Counted from the first letter of the stretch, positions 23,361 through 37,861 are shown. The stretch: DNA of 64,000 bases from Antedon mediterranea (GCF_964355755.1 NC_092673.1:19031648-19095647), one strand, 5' to 3'. Made by a program: numbers and translations. Notes: a model not told the origin generated them from the letters alone.

Positions 23361-24375
23361 ACCATCAACTTCGATCAGTGACGTGACCAGATTTGGTTTT
23401 CGATAGATACTTTAACGACGGTTTAAAGTCTAGTACGCGCTAGTACGCGTTCAAACCGCGGCTCTGGTGTAAGGAGGGGCGTCAAAGCCAGTGGGAGCAT
23501 GCCCAACAATTGGACCACATATTCGAGATATGATGACAACAAATCAGAGTTGTTTCATTAATTGTAACTGAAGTAGTAGAGAACATTGACACAAATCACG
23601 GAATGTTTGTAGGGTCTCTGAGAGCGAGACAGAGCTGTAACAAACCAGTCTGTAAATATAAAACCGCTGATGCCATGTAACATAGAAGAGGCAGATGAAC
23701 GTATGTTTGTTCATGTTAAACATGCCGCTAAAATTTGTCCGCGCATTCTTGTCAAGACTGTAGACAGTGATGTTGTTATTTCATTGTCAACTTTCCACAG
23801 AATACCTGGCATCCACAAGCTTTGGATCGAGTTTGGAGTGGGGAAGCACTTGAAGTATATCTCAATACACAAGATTACTTCTCTTGGATCACAAGCATCA
23901 GCCGCTTACTTGTTCTTTCATTCCTTTAGCAGTTCTGATACAACTTCATCTGTTCAAGGAAAGGAATTTGAGACGATGTCATTGTCTGTAGGTGATGTTA
24001 GTGACACAGATTATCTAGAACAGTTTGTTGTAACTATGTAGAAAGAAGGTAAATGATGCAAGACGATATCTTTTTACTACAGACTATTGAAAATATCCCC
24101 CCCCCCCAACATCTGCGGCATTAAGAGAACATGTGAAACGGTCTTTTCTACAAGCCAGAAAGTGGTACAACTGTCTAGATGCATTCAGGGTTGAACAGGA
24201 CCCAGCAAACTGGGGATGGAGGAAGGACGGCAACAAATTTAGTCCAGTTTGGAGTTCATTGCCGGAACTTTCAGATGTCACAAATCGCTGTGACACACCG
24301 ACTGTGATCTTGGACTTGGACACTGTAAATGCGGAAAGAGTGATTTATGATGTACAGAGCTGTGTGGTTACCAGG
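23361..24375 (+). pseudogene. AcademX transposase 3' fragment, right arm (inverted copy)
   Basis: CNIEEADERMFVHVKHAAK..VKTVDSDVVI..LWIEFGVGKH; DPANWGW..FSPVWSSLPE; its frameshifts and deletions differ from those in the left arm. Confidence 0.8.
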
Positions 24376-25639
24376 TTTGAGCTACATTCAAAATGGCCGC
24401 CATGCAATCAAAGACGTTATACCAATATGTTTGTTGACCTCAATACCATATTATACTTTGTACCTAAAATTATAACTGTAGGTACCGTACTGAAATATTT
24501 TGAGCTTGCCATTTTGAAATTCAAAATGGCCGCCATGTAATCAAAGTGTTAGTTAAATAGCAATATATTTGGTGACCCATTACCATATAATTTGCACCTA
24601 AAATCAGAGCACTGTGTACCTTTTTAGCAGAGATATACCTGGAAAGTTATTGGGGTCCGCCATTTTGAAATCCAACATGGCCGCCACGCAATCAAAATGT
24701 TAGTTATACGAATATGTTTGGTGACCCCATTACCATAATTATAATTTGCACCTAAAATCAGAATTCTAGGTGCCTTTTTAGCAGAGATATACCTGAAAAG
24801 TGAAAATTTGAAGTCCGCCATTTTGAAATCCAACATGGCCGCCATGCAATCAAATGTTAATTATACCAATATGTTTGGTGACCCCACTACCATATATTTT
24901 GCATGTAAAATCAGAACTCTAGGTGCCTCTTTAGCAGAGATATACCTGACAAGTGAAAATTTGAGGTCCGCCATTTTGAAATCCAAAATGGCGGCTTTCC
25001 CCTGACCAAATTTTGTGCAACCCTTCCATTTCATATTTTTGACACCCTAATGAATAACTGTGCAAAGTTTCAAAATGTTATCACAATTTGAAGGATTTGC
25101 CTAAAATATGCTCCTTAACATGCCTACTATATTTATACTACAGGGATTGTAACAACACAATTTGTTGTGGATAAATCTAAAAGCTGTAGGAATCACTGTA
25201 TTTATATTACAGGGATTTTAACAACACAATTTGTTGTGGATAAATCCAAAAGCTGTAGGAATCCCTGTATTTATAGTACAGGGATTTAACAACACAATTT
25301 GTTGTGGAAAAAGCTGTAGGAATCACTGTATTTATAGTACAGGGATTTTAACAACACAATTTGTTGTGGCAAAAGCTGTAGGAATCACTGTATTTATAGT
25401 ACAGGGATTTTAACAACACAATCTGTTGTGGATAAATCCAAAAGCTGTAGGAATCCCTGTATTTATAGTACAGGGATTTTTACGAAAAATGACCAAAGTG
25501 GTGTTTGGCATGTTGTGCAAGTTGGGGAGGACAGACAATATTGTCACAAAATGTATTTATGAATTTGCTTTTCCTTCATCCAATCTACATGGTAGATGGA
25601 TGAAGATATTGTTCTAACCACGTGACTATGTGGCGTAGG

Positions 25640-25682
<43 letters not shown>

Positions 25683-27022
25683 TTTGTTATATTTATAATA
25701 ATGTACACTAATTTGTTATTGAGCTATGGAGAATTTTTTTTTTCCCAAAATAAAAGATGAATGAATGAATGAATGAATGATAACTATTAATGATGTGCAA
25801 TTGTCAGTCTGTGTTAACTGTCACCCTTTTTAATTCATATTTTGCGATATCAACGTTGTCATCCTTCATACTGCATTTTGGTTAAAGTGTGGCCTAACTG
25901 TACTTAATAAGCCTAACAATAAATAGAATAAGTCAATTCACATTAATATTTTGTTCTTTCTTTTCTAAGTTTGCAAAATTACAAAAACAAAACATGACAA
26001 ACACATATGTGTTTGTTCTGTTTTGTTTTTGTAATTTTGAACATATTTACATTAATTATAAATAACTAACATGTGCATATTATGCAAATGAGACCAGGTA
26101 AACGGAAGTACAGAACAATGTTTGAATATAATGAATTGAATAAATTGTAAATTTTTTGTACGGAACTGAATTATATTTTTTATATGAATGAATTTTATAA
26201 TACCTATTTGTTAAAAATGAAATATTTTATATTTTGATATTTTAATTCAATTTTGTAGGCCTAAATTAAAACTCAATTAAGTATTTATGCTGCTGTGTTT
26301 TAATGTTTATATTCATATATTTTTAAATAAATACTAATGAATGAAAAGCATTTGTTTGTTTGTAAGGATTGTGTGTTTGTTTGGAAAGGGGAGATTTTAA
26401 CATCGAGGATATCATTATACTGTATCAAAATGTACGTGGTTTGCTATTCATCGTATATTATACAAAATATCCATTCCACCAATCCAGAGAGTAATAAAGT
26501 TCTTCGATATATTACACATATAATGTTACGTAGACAAATAGTGGTTGCGCCCTCTATAAAAAATAAAAGTTTATTCACCCACCAACAAACCACTCACAAC
26601 ATGTCGAAGAATGTCAAACACAAGAAGTAAGTTTTTGTTTCATAATTTTATCATATACCATATCATATACGGTATACGGTATATACTGTATCCTAGGCCT
26701 GCCTACTTAGTACTATATTATATCAGCCTAGATAGGCCTATAGGCCTAGCTAGGCTAGTTCTAAGTAGCTGGGGCAGGCCCTACCTCTAGCTATCAAAAA
26801 AGGCTTTTTAGTGGGCCTAGAGTAGAAAGCTGAGGGAGTCTCCACGAATACCGTCTCCACAACATGTCGTTAGAGAACAGATATCAACTGCATTGTGATT
26901 GGTCCTAAGACGAACATAAACACATGGATGGATGAGGTTGTTTTAAAGGGGGATTCTGGGTTTAAAATTGCTTTTAAATATCGTTTTTTATTAAATAAAA
27001 AGTATTATAACTAGGCCTAGGC

Positions 27023-27625
27023 CCCGGGGGGGTCACTCTTAAATATTTCCATACGGGAGGAGGTGCCGCATTTACGGATATATTTTCGAGGGCCTGGTAG
27101 CACAAATATTGGGAGTTGGTAGCACAAGTGTGGGAAATGACAGGGTGAAATTAGTAGTTTAAGTCCCTGGCCCGCCCACCCGTGTCAAAATTTCACGATT
27201 TATCGCTAAATTTTGCAGGAATTTTAGCTTACTGGATGCTATAAGCCCGGCTATATAAGCCCATCGCGGGCCCATCGCTAAATACCTTTTAATAGAGTTT
27301 TCCCCGTGAGTTTTCGCATCATCAGTATAACACGAAACATAGCTGGCCTAGGACAAAATCATTCAACTGTGAACGCTCTTGATCATCGGTGGTGTGCACC
27401 ACTGCAAACGCGTCAAAATTTGCCATGAACGGTGGAGGTCTCTTTGGCTATGCGCAGATCATGCTGGGAACCAGTACAAATATTGCGCCCTCTCTGGCGT
27501 GGCCTTGATTTTGGTAAATGGTAGTTCAAGTCCGTAGTATTTTTCAGTAAAACAGGTAGCGCAAGTGCCTCATGTCTTGAAGTGACTGCGGCACCCCCTT
27601 GTTTGGTTTATATACAAAACCCGGG
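27023..27625. mobile_element. non-autonomous DNA element with CCCGGG termini and 2-bp TSD (EnSpm/CACTA-like)
   Basis: GC|cccggggggg ... cccggg|GC inserted in a (taggcc)n tract; removing it restores the tract. Confidence 0.55.
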
Positions 27626-27769
27626 GCCTAGGCCTATACTTACTATATATACAAACTAAACTAAACACTACAGTATATACATACAATCGGAATGAAAACA
27701 TGTTAAACTACAAAACAACTAAACTAAATATCACAATCGGACGAGCATAATTGAAGATTTATTGACATA

Positions 27770-28150
27770 ATTATGTTTTTTGTTTGTTTTACTGATCACC
27801 TGATACATTTACATTAAATGTTAAGTGTAAATAAATGAAACGAATGTAGATACAGAAACAAAATCATAATGGTAACAGATTCATTGACGTAATTACCGGT
27901 ATATGTTTATTTGTTTTACTGATTACCTGATACATTTACATTTAATGTTAAATGTAAATAAATGAAACGAATATAGTACCGTAGTTAAACGAAATTGTAA
28001 CAGATTCATTGACGTAATTATTATGTATGTTTGCTTTACTGATCATCTGATAGCCTACATTTACATTTAATGTTAAATGTAAATAAATGAAACGATTGTA
28101 GATACAGAAACAAAATGGTAACGGATTCATTGACGACATATTTATGTATT
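27770..28150. repeat. ~127-bp diverged tandem repeat (3 copies)
   Basis: Recurring tttactgatcacctgatacatttacatt..taaataaatgaaacgaat..gtaacagattcattgacg. Confidence 0.8.
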
Positions 28151-28659
28151 TTTGTTTTTTGTTTTACGACGACTCGGCTATACTAGTTGAACCTATTTTC
28201 CCATCTTTTTATAATGGTATAGTCCATACAAGTCGAGGTGGCCGAAATTGTTTTGTTTTGATCCTATTGTTTTAATGGCAGGTCTTTCTTAAGAAGGGCC
28301 TAGACCTAGACTTTTTTTATTTAGCCATGCTAGGCCTAGGCCTAGCCTACACAGACAGCCAATACGGCGCTAGGCCTACGCCCATAATACTAGTAACTAG
28401 GCCTAGCCTAGGCCTACTAGCTAGGCCTAGTAGTACTGTACGTAGAGAGGCATTAGGGCCAGGCCTAGCCTTCTACCTAGACCTACTATTCTCTTTTAGT
28501 CTAGACCCTTGTACTAGGCTAGCCTAGTAATAATGATGTAAGACGATCAGAGAAACTTAAACCAATAGACGATTTTCGTGCTACGGAAGCCATCTTGCAG
28601 AATATGTACAAAAAATAAAAAATATATTTAGATTATTAAGATAATAAATGTTTGCTGAT

Positions 28660-28930
28660 GTCTTTAATATGACTGTATAGTCCCCTGGACCAGTCCAGAT
28701 CAAATGTGAGATAACAAATTACCTACAGTCTTTAATGACTGTGTATAGCCCCCTGGACCAGACCAGATTAAATGTGAGATAACAAATTACCTACAGTCTT
28801 TAATATGACTGTCTATAGCCCCCTGGACCAGACCAGATCCAATGTGAGATAACAAATTACCTACAGTCTTTAATATGACTGTCTATAGCCCTCTGGACCA
28901 GACCAGATCAAATGTGAGATAACAAATTAG
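28660..28930. repeat. ~70-bp tandem repeat (4 copies)
   Basis: Unit gactgtctatagccccctggaccagaccagatcaaatgtgagataacaaattacctacagtctttaatat. Confidence 0.9.
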
Positions 28931-31426
28931 GCCTAAAGAGATCTGTGGAGCCCAAAAGTCTTTTTAGTATGACTTTGAAGCCCCCAAAACATTTTTTCAT
29001 AGCTTTCACTCAATCACCATACTACTGTACTGTTATTGAGATTAAATAGTAAAGTTCATTAATAATGGATACAAAAGAAACATATTGTGGTTTTGGTTTA
29101 CAAGTTGAAATAATTAATTAGGCCAAACAAAATATATTGTTAAGTTACCACTCTTCCCTGATTTTTTTAGCCTCTTCTCTTTTTCTTTTCTGAGGGACAA
29201 CAAAATAACTAAACAATTACGATAAATCATTACATTTTATTTTACCAACAGGAACAATTTTATTGCATTAAATAGTTTCTTAAAGTTGAAAATATATGTA
29301 TAGTGATTCATTTGTTCATGTTTGAAGGAATTAGTATCACTTTATTTCAAGATGGTAGCATGAAACAATGTTGATGACCTATTAAAGCATAGTACTTTAG
29401 TAAAAAAAAAAAAACGCCCTTGATGCTTAACAATTTTGACCTTATAAAACAGGTATTCTAAAATGTGAAACCTCAATAATATATAGAGTATGATTTAAAC
29501 ACTAGCATTCGTTTCCTTTCTTTTTGAATAATTGAAGTTGTGAATATGTTTTAACTTCCTGTTTTTGCAGTTAAATATTTTGCAAGATTGTTTGAGGAAG
29601 TCAGTATTGTATTTGGTGAATATTCATTTATTTATGGTCAAACACAGTAAAATATTGTACATTACATGGTTTGAAATTATTTTCGTTTAAAAAAAAATAT
29701 AAAAATCAGTTAAAAAGGTTAAAATTTGGTAAATACAGATAAAGCATATATAAATTCAGATAAAATACATCATTTAAAATACAAAATACAAAAGATTGGT
29801 GTGTGTAGTAATGGAATAGCATAAAATGACTACTGTTTCCATGTTTCATTAAATTGCCTCATTGCAGTAGGGAGAAACAAGTTTCTCATCCTGTTGGTTT
29901 TCCATCTTGGGTACGGTACACTAAACGCCTTGACAATTGCTAAAAAATCACTCACTTGAACCGCATGAGCGCGCAGTAAGCTCTCTATTTGTTAGAGAAA
30001 GAAGACAGGGTTTTTAGTCACAATAACGATTTAGATTTATCTGCCAATAGTGATATCGATGTTTCACAAATATGTAGTATATTATTATGCTATTGAAATT
30101 AGTAAATTTTAGGTCATAATTTATTATTTCAAGTCCAGCTAGGCCTTCCTCTAGTAAGCCAGCCTTCAATTGGGCGAAAACATGCAGCCTGTCCACCAGG
30201 CTACGAACGAGATAGGCTAGTTTGTCTAGCCTAGGCCTAATATCGTCAAATGGTCATGATTAGCATGTCAAATGTCCACAAAATGATACTATTTATTTAG
30301 TATTCTTTCAAATAAATACAACTTGTAATGCAAACTTATGAACCAGAAAAAAAATGTTGTATTTTGTTTGTAATTAGTCTCTGATTTCCTACATATTTAA
30401 ATAACTGTACAGGAAGTAACATATAGAACATTACATTATTGCTTCAGGTGCTGAAGGGTTAAGGGGGTGATTTATTATTTATTATTTTATTAGCTGCCTT
30501 CACTATCCAATCAATGTATATGTCATCTACTATAGTGTAATTAATTGTATAAACAGCCCCTTTAATTTAATGATATATTCAGCTTTCATCATCTATGCCA
30601 TTTTCATCTATTCTATTTTCATCATCTATTCATCATTGATAGAAATTTCATTGATGCAATTTTCATCATAACCAATAACTTGCGTAAGCGACGTTTCGTA
30701 GATTCTAGTTTCACCAAAATATGTTCTGCTTGATGTTAATGAATAGTTTTGAGTTATGACATCGAAGAGAGCTTAGTTGTACAATCTTCATGGTAAATTC
30801 AAGCTAATTTACTACTGATGTTTATACTATGTATGCTGGTTTTGCATAAAATTGCATATAAGCAAGCTGCATCATTTTAATCGTCCCTAGATAATTATAC
30901 TAATTTATCAAACTAAATGATATCAAAGCTTGTTAATATTTTATTCATTATACCATAGTAAAAATTATTTTCACAGCATAGGTTTATAGTATTACTGTAT
31001 GTTGACCAGGTTTATATAAGATGTTCTATCCACAAATTTTAGAGAATGGCAGGCACTAAATCAACAGAAAAAAAATTAACATTGATAAAAAAAAAAGATT
31101 CTTGACAATCACAACAGGCTCAATGCAGATCACTTAACCTTAAAGAAGGCAAGACTGATTGAGGAAGTAATGTAATTCACAGAATAAGGAAATAGGGTGT
31201 TGGCCCTTGGTATAACAATAAGCATCTTATAATAGGCAGCTTCTATGATCGGACTGTGTAATTTTGAATGCAATGTTATTTTATCATGTATGTTTCTTTA
31301 GATTCAGTGTGTAAATGTGAGTTGTAATAGTATAGTTATTTATTTCATTTTATAATACTGTATTTTTACTTGTTGTAATTGTACAATGATCGTTTAGTAT
31401 CAAACAGTATTTATACAAATAATTAA

Positions 31427-32048
31427 AGACATCGATCCCTACATTTTTTAGATCTATTTTAAGATCACAAACTATATTTAATGTAAAAATAATACTATAT
31501 GGTCCTATTGCGATAACTTCTTTCGTCTTTAAATGGTTAAAAATGTGAAAAATTAGTCGATTCTAATAATTATAGCGGCCCGCTATAAATGCCAAAATGC
31601 ATTGCGCGTGGATTGATATTTCTGTTTTTCTTCTGTAATTCACCCACTTTTCGATCGATCGTGCCAAAACAAATGGAAGACTCCTAACTTTTCAGCGAAA
31701 ATACCGGGTTTTCCCCAATTTGTATCAACGGAGTCTGGCAAAAATAGAAAGACAATTAATGCAGCAACTATACAACGTCAGGCTAGGTATATAGCTAGCG
31801 TACGATGTTTGTACTTTACCGATGTTTACCAGCTAGGCCTACAAAACTAAGCCTAGCTAGGCTAGGCCTAAAGACCGTCCACGAGAGGTCAGTCGCCGCG
31901 AGCTACTTAGGTAGTGCATTGTTTCTCACTTTTTATCATAATTTACCACAAAACGTACATTTAAGACAAGGAATGACCTGGTTTAATGTTTTTAAAGTAA
32001 TATATGTATTATTTTTACAAAACCTCACAAATTGTAGGGAAGGTGTCT
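31427..32048. mobile_element. Kolobok-type MITE
   Basis: TTAA flanks (31423-31426, 32049-32052); imperfect TIR agacatcgatccctaca / tgtagggaaggtgtct. Confidence 0.8.
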
Positions 32049-32567
32049 TTAATGTTTTATATTCTAATGGTACAAACAATGGCATCTAGTGTTAATAAGT
32101 CAACAAATGACCAAACAATCCTATAGGCCTAGCTAGTAATAGCAATTAGCCTAGCAAGGTAGAAAGGCAGCAATTCTATTACAAAATTTCGACAAGCAAC
32201 TGAAACTTATCTACTAATTCTAAAAACTAACTAAAGGATTGACTAATTCTGGTTTTTTTTTCCAAGATTTCATGTCTTGTAGAGATTAAAGATTAAGAGA
32301 TTAATTAATCAAAATCATAAAAACAATCTAAAGCTATAAATTGAATTGCTTTTTTTGTCTAATTTAATACATGTATCTCAAACCTGCCAACTTTTTCAGT
32401 GGCCAATGCGTGAGACATTAAATTAAATTGTATATAGCGCCCTCTATGTTATAATAACTTGAAAAACACCCTGAGCTGTATGTTAAATTTTTCGCCGAAT
32501 TGAGTTTGCCTTTCCTGTACTACTGTACCTCAACCATAAAATACAAATAAACATATGCTTTAATAGG

Positions 32568-33538
32568 CCGGTCAGTCTAATTACCAAAAACAACCGAAAA
32601 CAACCAAAACAACTGAAAACAGCCATAAACAACCAAAAACAACCGAAAACAAAATAAAATAATCTAAATACCGAAAACAAATTTGTATATACATTTTTAA
32701 TGTCGCCCTCTACTGATGGTTGTTTCTAGAGTTAAGACCATGACAGAGAGAAGGTTAAGACCGCGTGCGCAAAAGCCAAGGAAGACCCTACGAAATGGTA
32801 GTGTGCACAAAATACAACTAAAAATCGTACAATCAATCAATGATAACATCGCATTTACTTACATACAGAATCTATGAACATATTTTAATTTTAGTCATTT
32901 CGATTTTTGATCCAGAAACCTACGCATTTACTCCTCACAATAATTGTGAATCACGTTAATCCATAGTATAGAAAGTAAATTGACTATGGTTAATCATGAT
33001 CAATTTAATTATAGATTTTCAAAGATAATAATACAAAAATGATATTTTAAGAATATTGATAACATTAGGGACTATAAAGTATACTTAAAACCAGCTCACG
33101 ATTAAGGATTCAATAAAATCTATTCAGTAAAATTACCGTAGTCGAGTAAATAACGTTTTTATCCTTAATCACTTCAGTATAGTGACGAAAATGCAAAGTT
33201 AGGTAAAATCATGCTTTGTTTTTGAAAATCTAAAGACTAAAAACGAAATGTGTTAGATTTTGGAAGTAAATGTAGTCTACGGTGTATATCATTGAATTTG
33301 TACGATTTTTTGGAGTTGTATTTTGTGCACACTACCATTTCGTAGGATCTTCCTTGGCTTTTGCGCGTGTGGTTTTCTCTCTGTACGGTCTTAGCTTTAG
33401 AAACACTCATCAATAGAGAGCGACATTAAAAAAAATATTAATTTTTTATTTTGTTTATTGGTTTGTTTTCGATTGTTTACGGTTGTTTGTGGTTGTTTTC
33501 GGTTATTTTCGGTTGTTTTCGGTAATTAGACTGACCCG
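32568..33538. mobile_element. fold-back MITE with long imperfect TIRs
   Basis: ggtcagtctaattacc / ggtaattagactgacc ends, 10-bp aaaacaaccg subrepeats, ~300 bp of inverted similarity; TSD not resolved. Confidence 0.8.
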
Positions 33539-33601
33539 CTTAGGCTATTTTATGCTCAAAGTAGTCCTGGACTATTTTCCCTTCAAAATAGGCAACATTT
33601 T

Positions 33602-34110
33602 TCAGCATCAATACAATTTTCACCATCAATACAATTTTCACCATCAATACAATTTTCACCATCAATACAATTTTCACCATCAATACAATTTTCACCATCA
33701 ATACAATTTTCACCATCAATACAATTTTCACCATCAATACAATTTTCACCATCAGTACAATTTTCACCATCAGTACAATTTTCACCATCAATACAATTTT
33801 CACCATCAATACAATTTTCACCATCAATACAATTTTCACCATCAATACAATTTTCACCATCAATACAATTTTCACCATCAATACAATTTTCACCATCAAT
33901 ACAATTTTCACCATCAATACAATTTTCACCATCAGTACAATTTTCACCATCAATACAATTTTCACCATCAATACAATTTTTATTATCAATACAATTTTCA
34001 CCATCAATACAATTTTCACCATCAATACGATTTTCACCATCAGTACAATTTTCACCATTAATACAATTTTCACCATCAATACGATTTTCACCATCAGTAC
34101 AATTTTCATT
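33602..34110. repeat. 18-bp minisatellite (~28 copies)
   Basis: Unit caccatcaatacaatttt. Confidence 0.95.
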
Positions 34111-36303
34111 ATCTGTGCCATTTTATTGATGCAATTTTCATCATGATGATGATTAGGTTTAAAAAAGGTGGTAAAAAACCCTTTTTTTGAACCAGAGGCT
34201 TCCATTGGTACACCATAGAGACAAAGAATCTAATATTAAATAACCAGGCCATTTTCTTGGGTGTTTATATTGTTAAGTTTTAATAAATTGCAGTTGATAA
34301 AGAGGTTGTTAACAATAACTAGATATGAATATCAATCAATATGTTACTACAAAATAGAAAAAAAAATCATTAGAAGAATGTTGTAAACATTTAAAAATAA
34401 ATCACAATTGACAATTTAATAATTATCATTGTCAAATTGACCTTATAATATACTAGCAATTTTACCCGCGCCCCAGGGCGGGTTTCAAACTTAGTTTAAA
34501 GCCTTCTCAGTACATAACACCCGACTCCAGTATCTCCCTATACTCACCAACCCCCACCCCTCTTCAATAACTCTTTTTTTTTTTAAATAAATTCTTCCCC
34601 CAACAAATTCAATTCAACTTTAGCTTCAAAATGAGAGGGGTATACATAGCTATGATATGCCTATGGTTTAAGTACGTTGTAAACTCTGTAAATGAATAGG
34701 TGTCATATTGGCTGATAATTAAAATATCTAATTTTGGTATTGTGTCCCCCCAGCCTTCTTTCTCCTTTAGCCATCCCAGCCACAATTAACTAACTTTAAC
34801 TCTACCCCAGGACAGTTCAAATGTAGTAACTTTTCCTAGTACAATTCCAATCATTATACTTCATTACGCCAGTATTTCGGCTCCCCCTCCTCCCTCCTCC
34901 CCTCCTCCTTCCCAACACACCCCAGATACTGGGTGATGTGTTTAGACGGTTCCAGTACTAATAATGTTAGCCATCACTCCAACCCATAATCCCTCAGTGG
35001 CAGTTTTCAAATGTAGTTTAAAATGTTCCCAGTACAGTTTCAGTCATGGTGATAGGCCTACATCCCCACCCCAAACTCCCAGCCCCTTCCCAGTGATAAT
35101 TAAAATACTTTAACAATTTCCTACCACAATTCTGGTCAATTTTATAGCCTACCACCCTTACCCTAAGCAAAATCCCCACTATCCCCTGAACCCCAACTCT
35201 CACATCCTATCTCCCCACCCCCTCTCCCACTAAATCCCCGGACTTTTTGAAATGTAGTTTAAAACCTTCCCGGTACAATTGCGATCATTTTGATACCCCT
35301 GCATATGTATGGTTACATGCAGAAACAGAAATTTGTATAATGAACAAACATCGAAAGTATTTTCACATTTAATTTTTCCTTTTCTCTTCATGTCAAGCAA
35401 TTTCTGTTATTTTCTTCATCATGTCTGTCTAATGAGTGAGTTCTCTCCTTTCAATTAGTTTGGTATGTCAACTTCAGATATTTGGGTAGTCTACAGGTAG
35501 GTTCTAGAATGTGTTTTGACATAATTTTAGTAAAAAGATAAATATATTGCCACATATGGTGTTTCATACATATGCTAATTTATCGATTATCGAAAAAAAA
35601 CACAGTGGTCTCCAAAAAAAATTGAAACGCTATCCGGTGGACTAACATAAAAAAGAGAATATTAACTACAGACTTGGGGCAAGTCGTCTAATATTTGGGC
35701 AACTAATCTTTGTTATATGGATGATTTTACCAATGTACAGAAACAATTTTATTGCATTAAATATTTTTTCTTTAGTTTAAAATGTATGTCAGTATAGTGA
35801 TTCATTTGTTCATGTTTGAAAGAGTTGGTGTCAGTTTATTTCAAAATGGTAGCATAACTCAATGTCGATGACCTATTACAATATAGTATACTCTCCCTCC
35901 CCTGAAATTGACACTTAACAAGTATATATAACTTTACTTATTTGATTTAACTTTACAATCAATTGTGTTAATAATTAATGCATTTTAAGTTAAAGGCCAA
36001 AACTCAAATAGCGAAAGCTGATTTGTTTTGGTCTTTTTTGTCATAATTGTTAATGAAGTTTTTATATTATATTATGAGAGTGACAAATAAAGTATTTACA
36101 CAAATATATATATTTTGGTATTATGTGTACAATATATATAAAAAAAGATATTCTAAGTTTAAACACTCTAGTCGCTAGCATTACAAAGAATATATAATTT
36201 CTTTTTAAAGAATTGTAGGTTAAAAAAAATGTCCTAAATAGGATAGTTTTTGCAGTTTAATTTAAGCATGACAGATTTGCCCCTGTATACTGAAATCCAT
36301 TAA

Positions 36304-36540
36304 AGATATATCGTCACCTGGAAAATATATATATATTTTTCTTGAATATCATATGCAATTTTAATGTCATAATAGTTATTCACTTTGACCAAAAATTGGA
36401 GCGAAAATAAAATTTTTTACCTGAAAATAATGCAAAAAATAATCAAATTATCAGACAATGGGTTGAAACTGCAGAATTCCCTATTCAAAGTTTGATTTTA
36501 TTAATCTTCATTTTTCATGTTTTTGGGGGACAATATATCC
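36304..36540. mobile_element. degenerate Kolobok-type MITE
   Basis: TTAA|agatatatcgtcacc ... ggggacaatatatcc; TIR related to 18722-19269; right TSD lost. Confidence 0.5.
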
Positions 36541-37674
36541 AGTACCCTGTGGACCCCTGTTGAATAAATTTGAACCTGGTGAACTTAAGAACAACAATAA
36601 TTAATGTTTAAATTTAAGCAACAACAAAATAAATAAATTGACTGATGATTGACAGTTTGGATGTATTTTTCATTGTCATGATAATAAAACAATTTAAAAT
36701 AAAAAAGTAAACAAAATGTTTTTATTGTTCATGTGGATTGTTATTTTTTGTTTAATTTTGCATAAAGCATGCACACTACTCACAGATAGTGTATCTTAGT
36801 TTCATTATGCAAATTACGATTTTGTAGGTTAGATATTCATAATTAGGTGATACATTTGATATAAGGGCACTCTCCATACTAATGGGGAATTTAGGTGTAA
36901 GTTTCATTTTTGATTGGTTCAGAAATGGTAATGGTAACATGCATAGTGAACAGGCTTGTTGTGGTTTTTGTTTATTATATATAATTTAAATTTATATAAA
37001 TTATTTAATAATTAAGTTAATATAAATATCAGGATAAGGATAAAACTGGTCAACAATTGTGGACAAATATTTGACTGTCACCTATCACCATCCTCAGCAT
37101 AAATTCTATATCCTATGGTGACATCCAGAAGAGGATTAGTTGAAATCGGAATTAGAATGCTGTGAGAGTATCACTGAAATATTCATTAAAAAAATGTCAT
37201 GTTGTTTACAACTAACACATAAGAATAATCATTTGTGAATTTAAATACTTGGTAATATCATGAAGGAAATAAAAAAGATTACATTATTTTTTCCTCCATG
37301 ATAGTACACAGTGTCTTGCTTTTGTGTGTACACTCTTTTATTGACTTAACCAACTTGACTGTTGTTAAAGTGTTAACATGTTCTTTACAAAAGGACGTTC
37401 TTTGTTAATATAAGTATGCAAGACCATGGATTAAAGAATAGAAGGATATGCATCGACGTGAGATCAAGGGTTCCTTGACTCTCGCCGACAGACCGCGGAC
37501 CGCCCACAATGTTACGGTTTAATTAACCGCATGGTAACAACGAAACGGTCGCGTGCCTAATACTGTATTGTTTACTGCACATGTGCAACGACATTTAACC
37601 TTGTTGTTGACTGCGCTTCTTTCGCACGTTCTTTGTTGCCCTGTATGTATTCATACATATTTGAACAGTATAAT

Positions 37675-37861
37675 CAGTGGCGTAATGGCTATGTGCGCTC
37701 ACTGGCTAAATCGAAGCTTGGGGCCCATGAGCAGTGCCCAGAGGAACAGGCATAGAATATGTCGAAAATGCTAAAAACGTCCTAGGCCTCAATCTTTGAA
37801 ACTTGGAGGGCCACTTAGGTTTCCTAAACAAGTGGTTTCAGGCCTCTGCCTCACGCCACTG
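37675..37861. mobile_element. hAT-type MITE
   Basis: TIR cagtggcgt / acgccactg with perfect 8-bp TSD agtataat. Confidence 0.9.

Larger units (their letters stand above)
21238..25129. mobile_element. fold-back AcademX-derived DNA transposon
   Basis: TAGTAGGC termini, 3-bp TSD TAT, ~152-bp subterminal tandem repeats with ccgccattttgga/tcaaaatggcgg palindromes; both arms carry XPG/PIN-like nuclease and CXC remnants. Confidence 0.8.
20695..25480. repeat. 69-bp satellite split by a transposon (20695-21237 and 25130-25480)
   Basis: Unit aacaacacaatttgttgtggataaatctaaaagctgtaggaatcactgtatttatagtacagggatttt resumes in register after the insertion. Confidence 0.92.

Noticed and set aside
22660-24041. 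Host XPG/FEN1-family nuclease gene
   Set aside because: Frameshifted, duplicated in inverted orientation and bounded by TIRs and a TSD, so it is transposon-derived.
33483-34205. (HQYNFH)n and (MVKIVL)n long ORFs on both strands
   Set aside because: Stop-free 18-bp minisatellite; no splice or start context, and the + ORF starts inside a MITE TIR.
34452-35340. Possible Helitron/Helentron-like element starting actagcaattttacccgcg..gcggg
   Set aside because: Only the 5' hairpin-like start is suggestive; no matching end could be defined.
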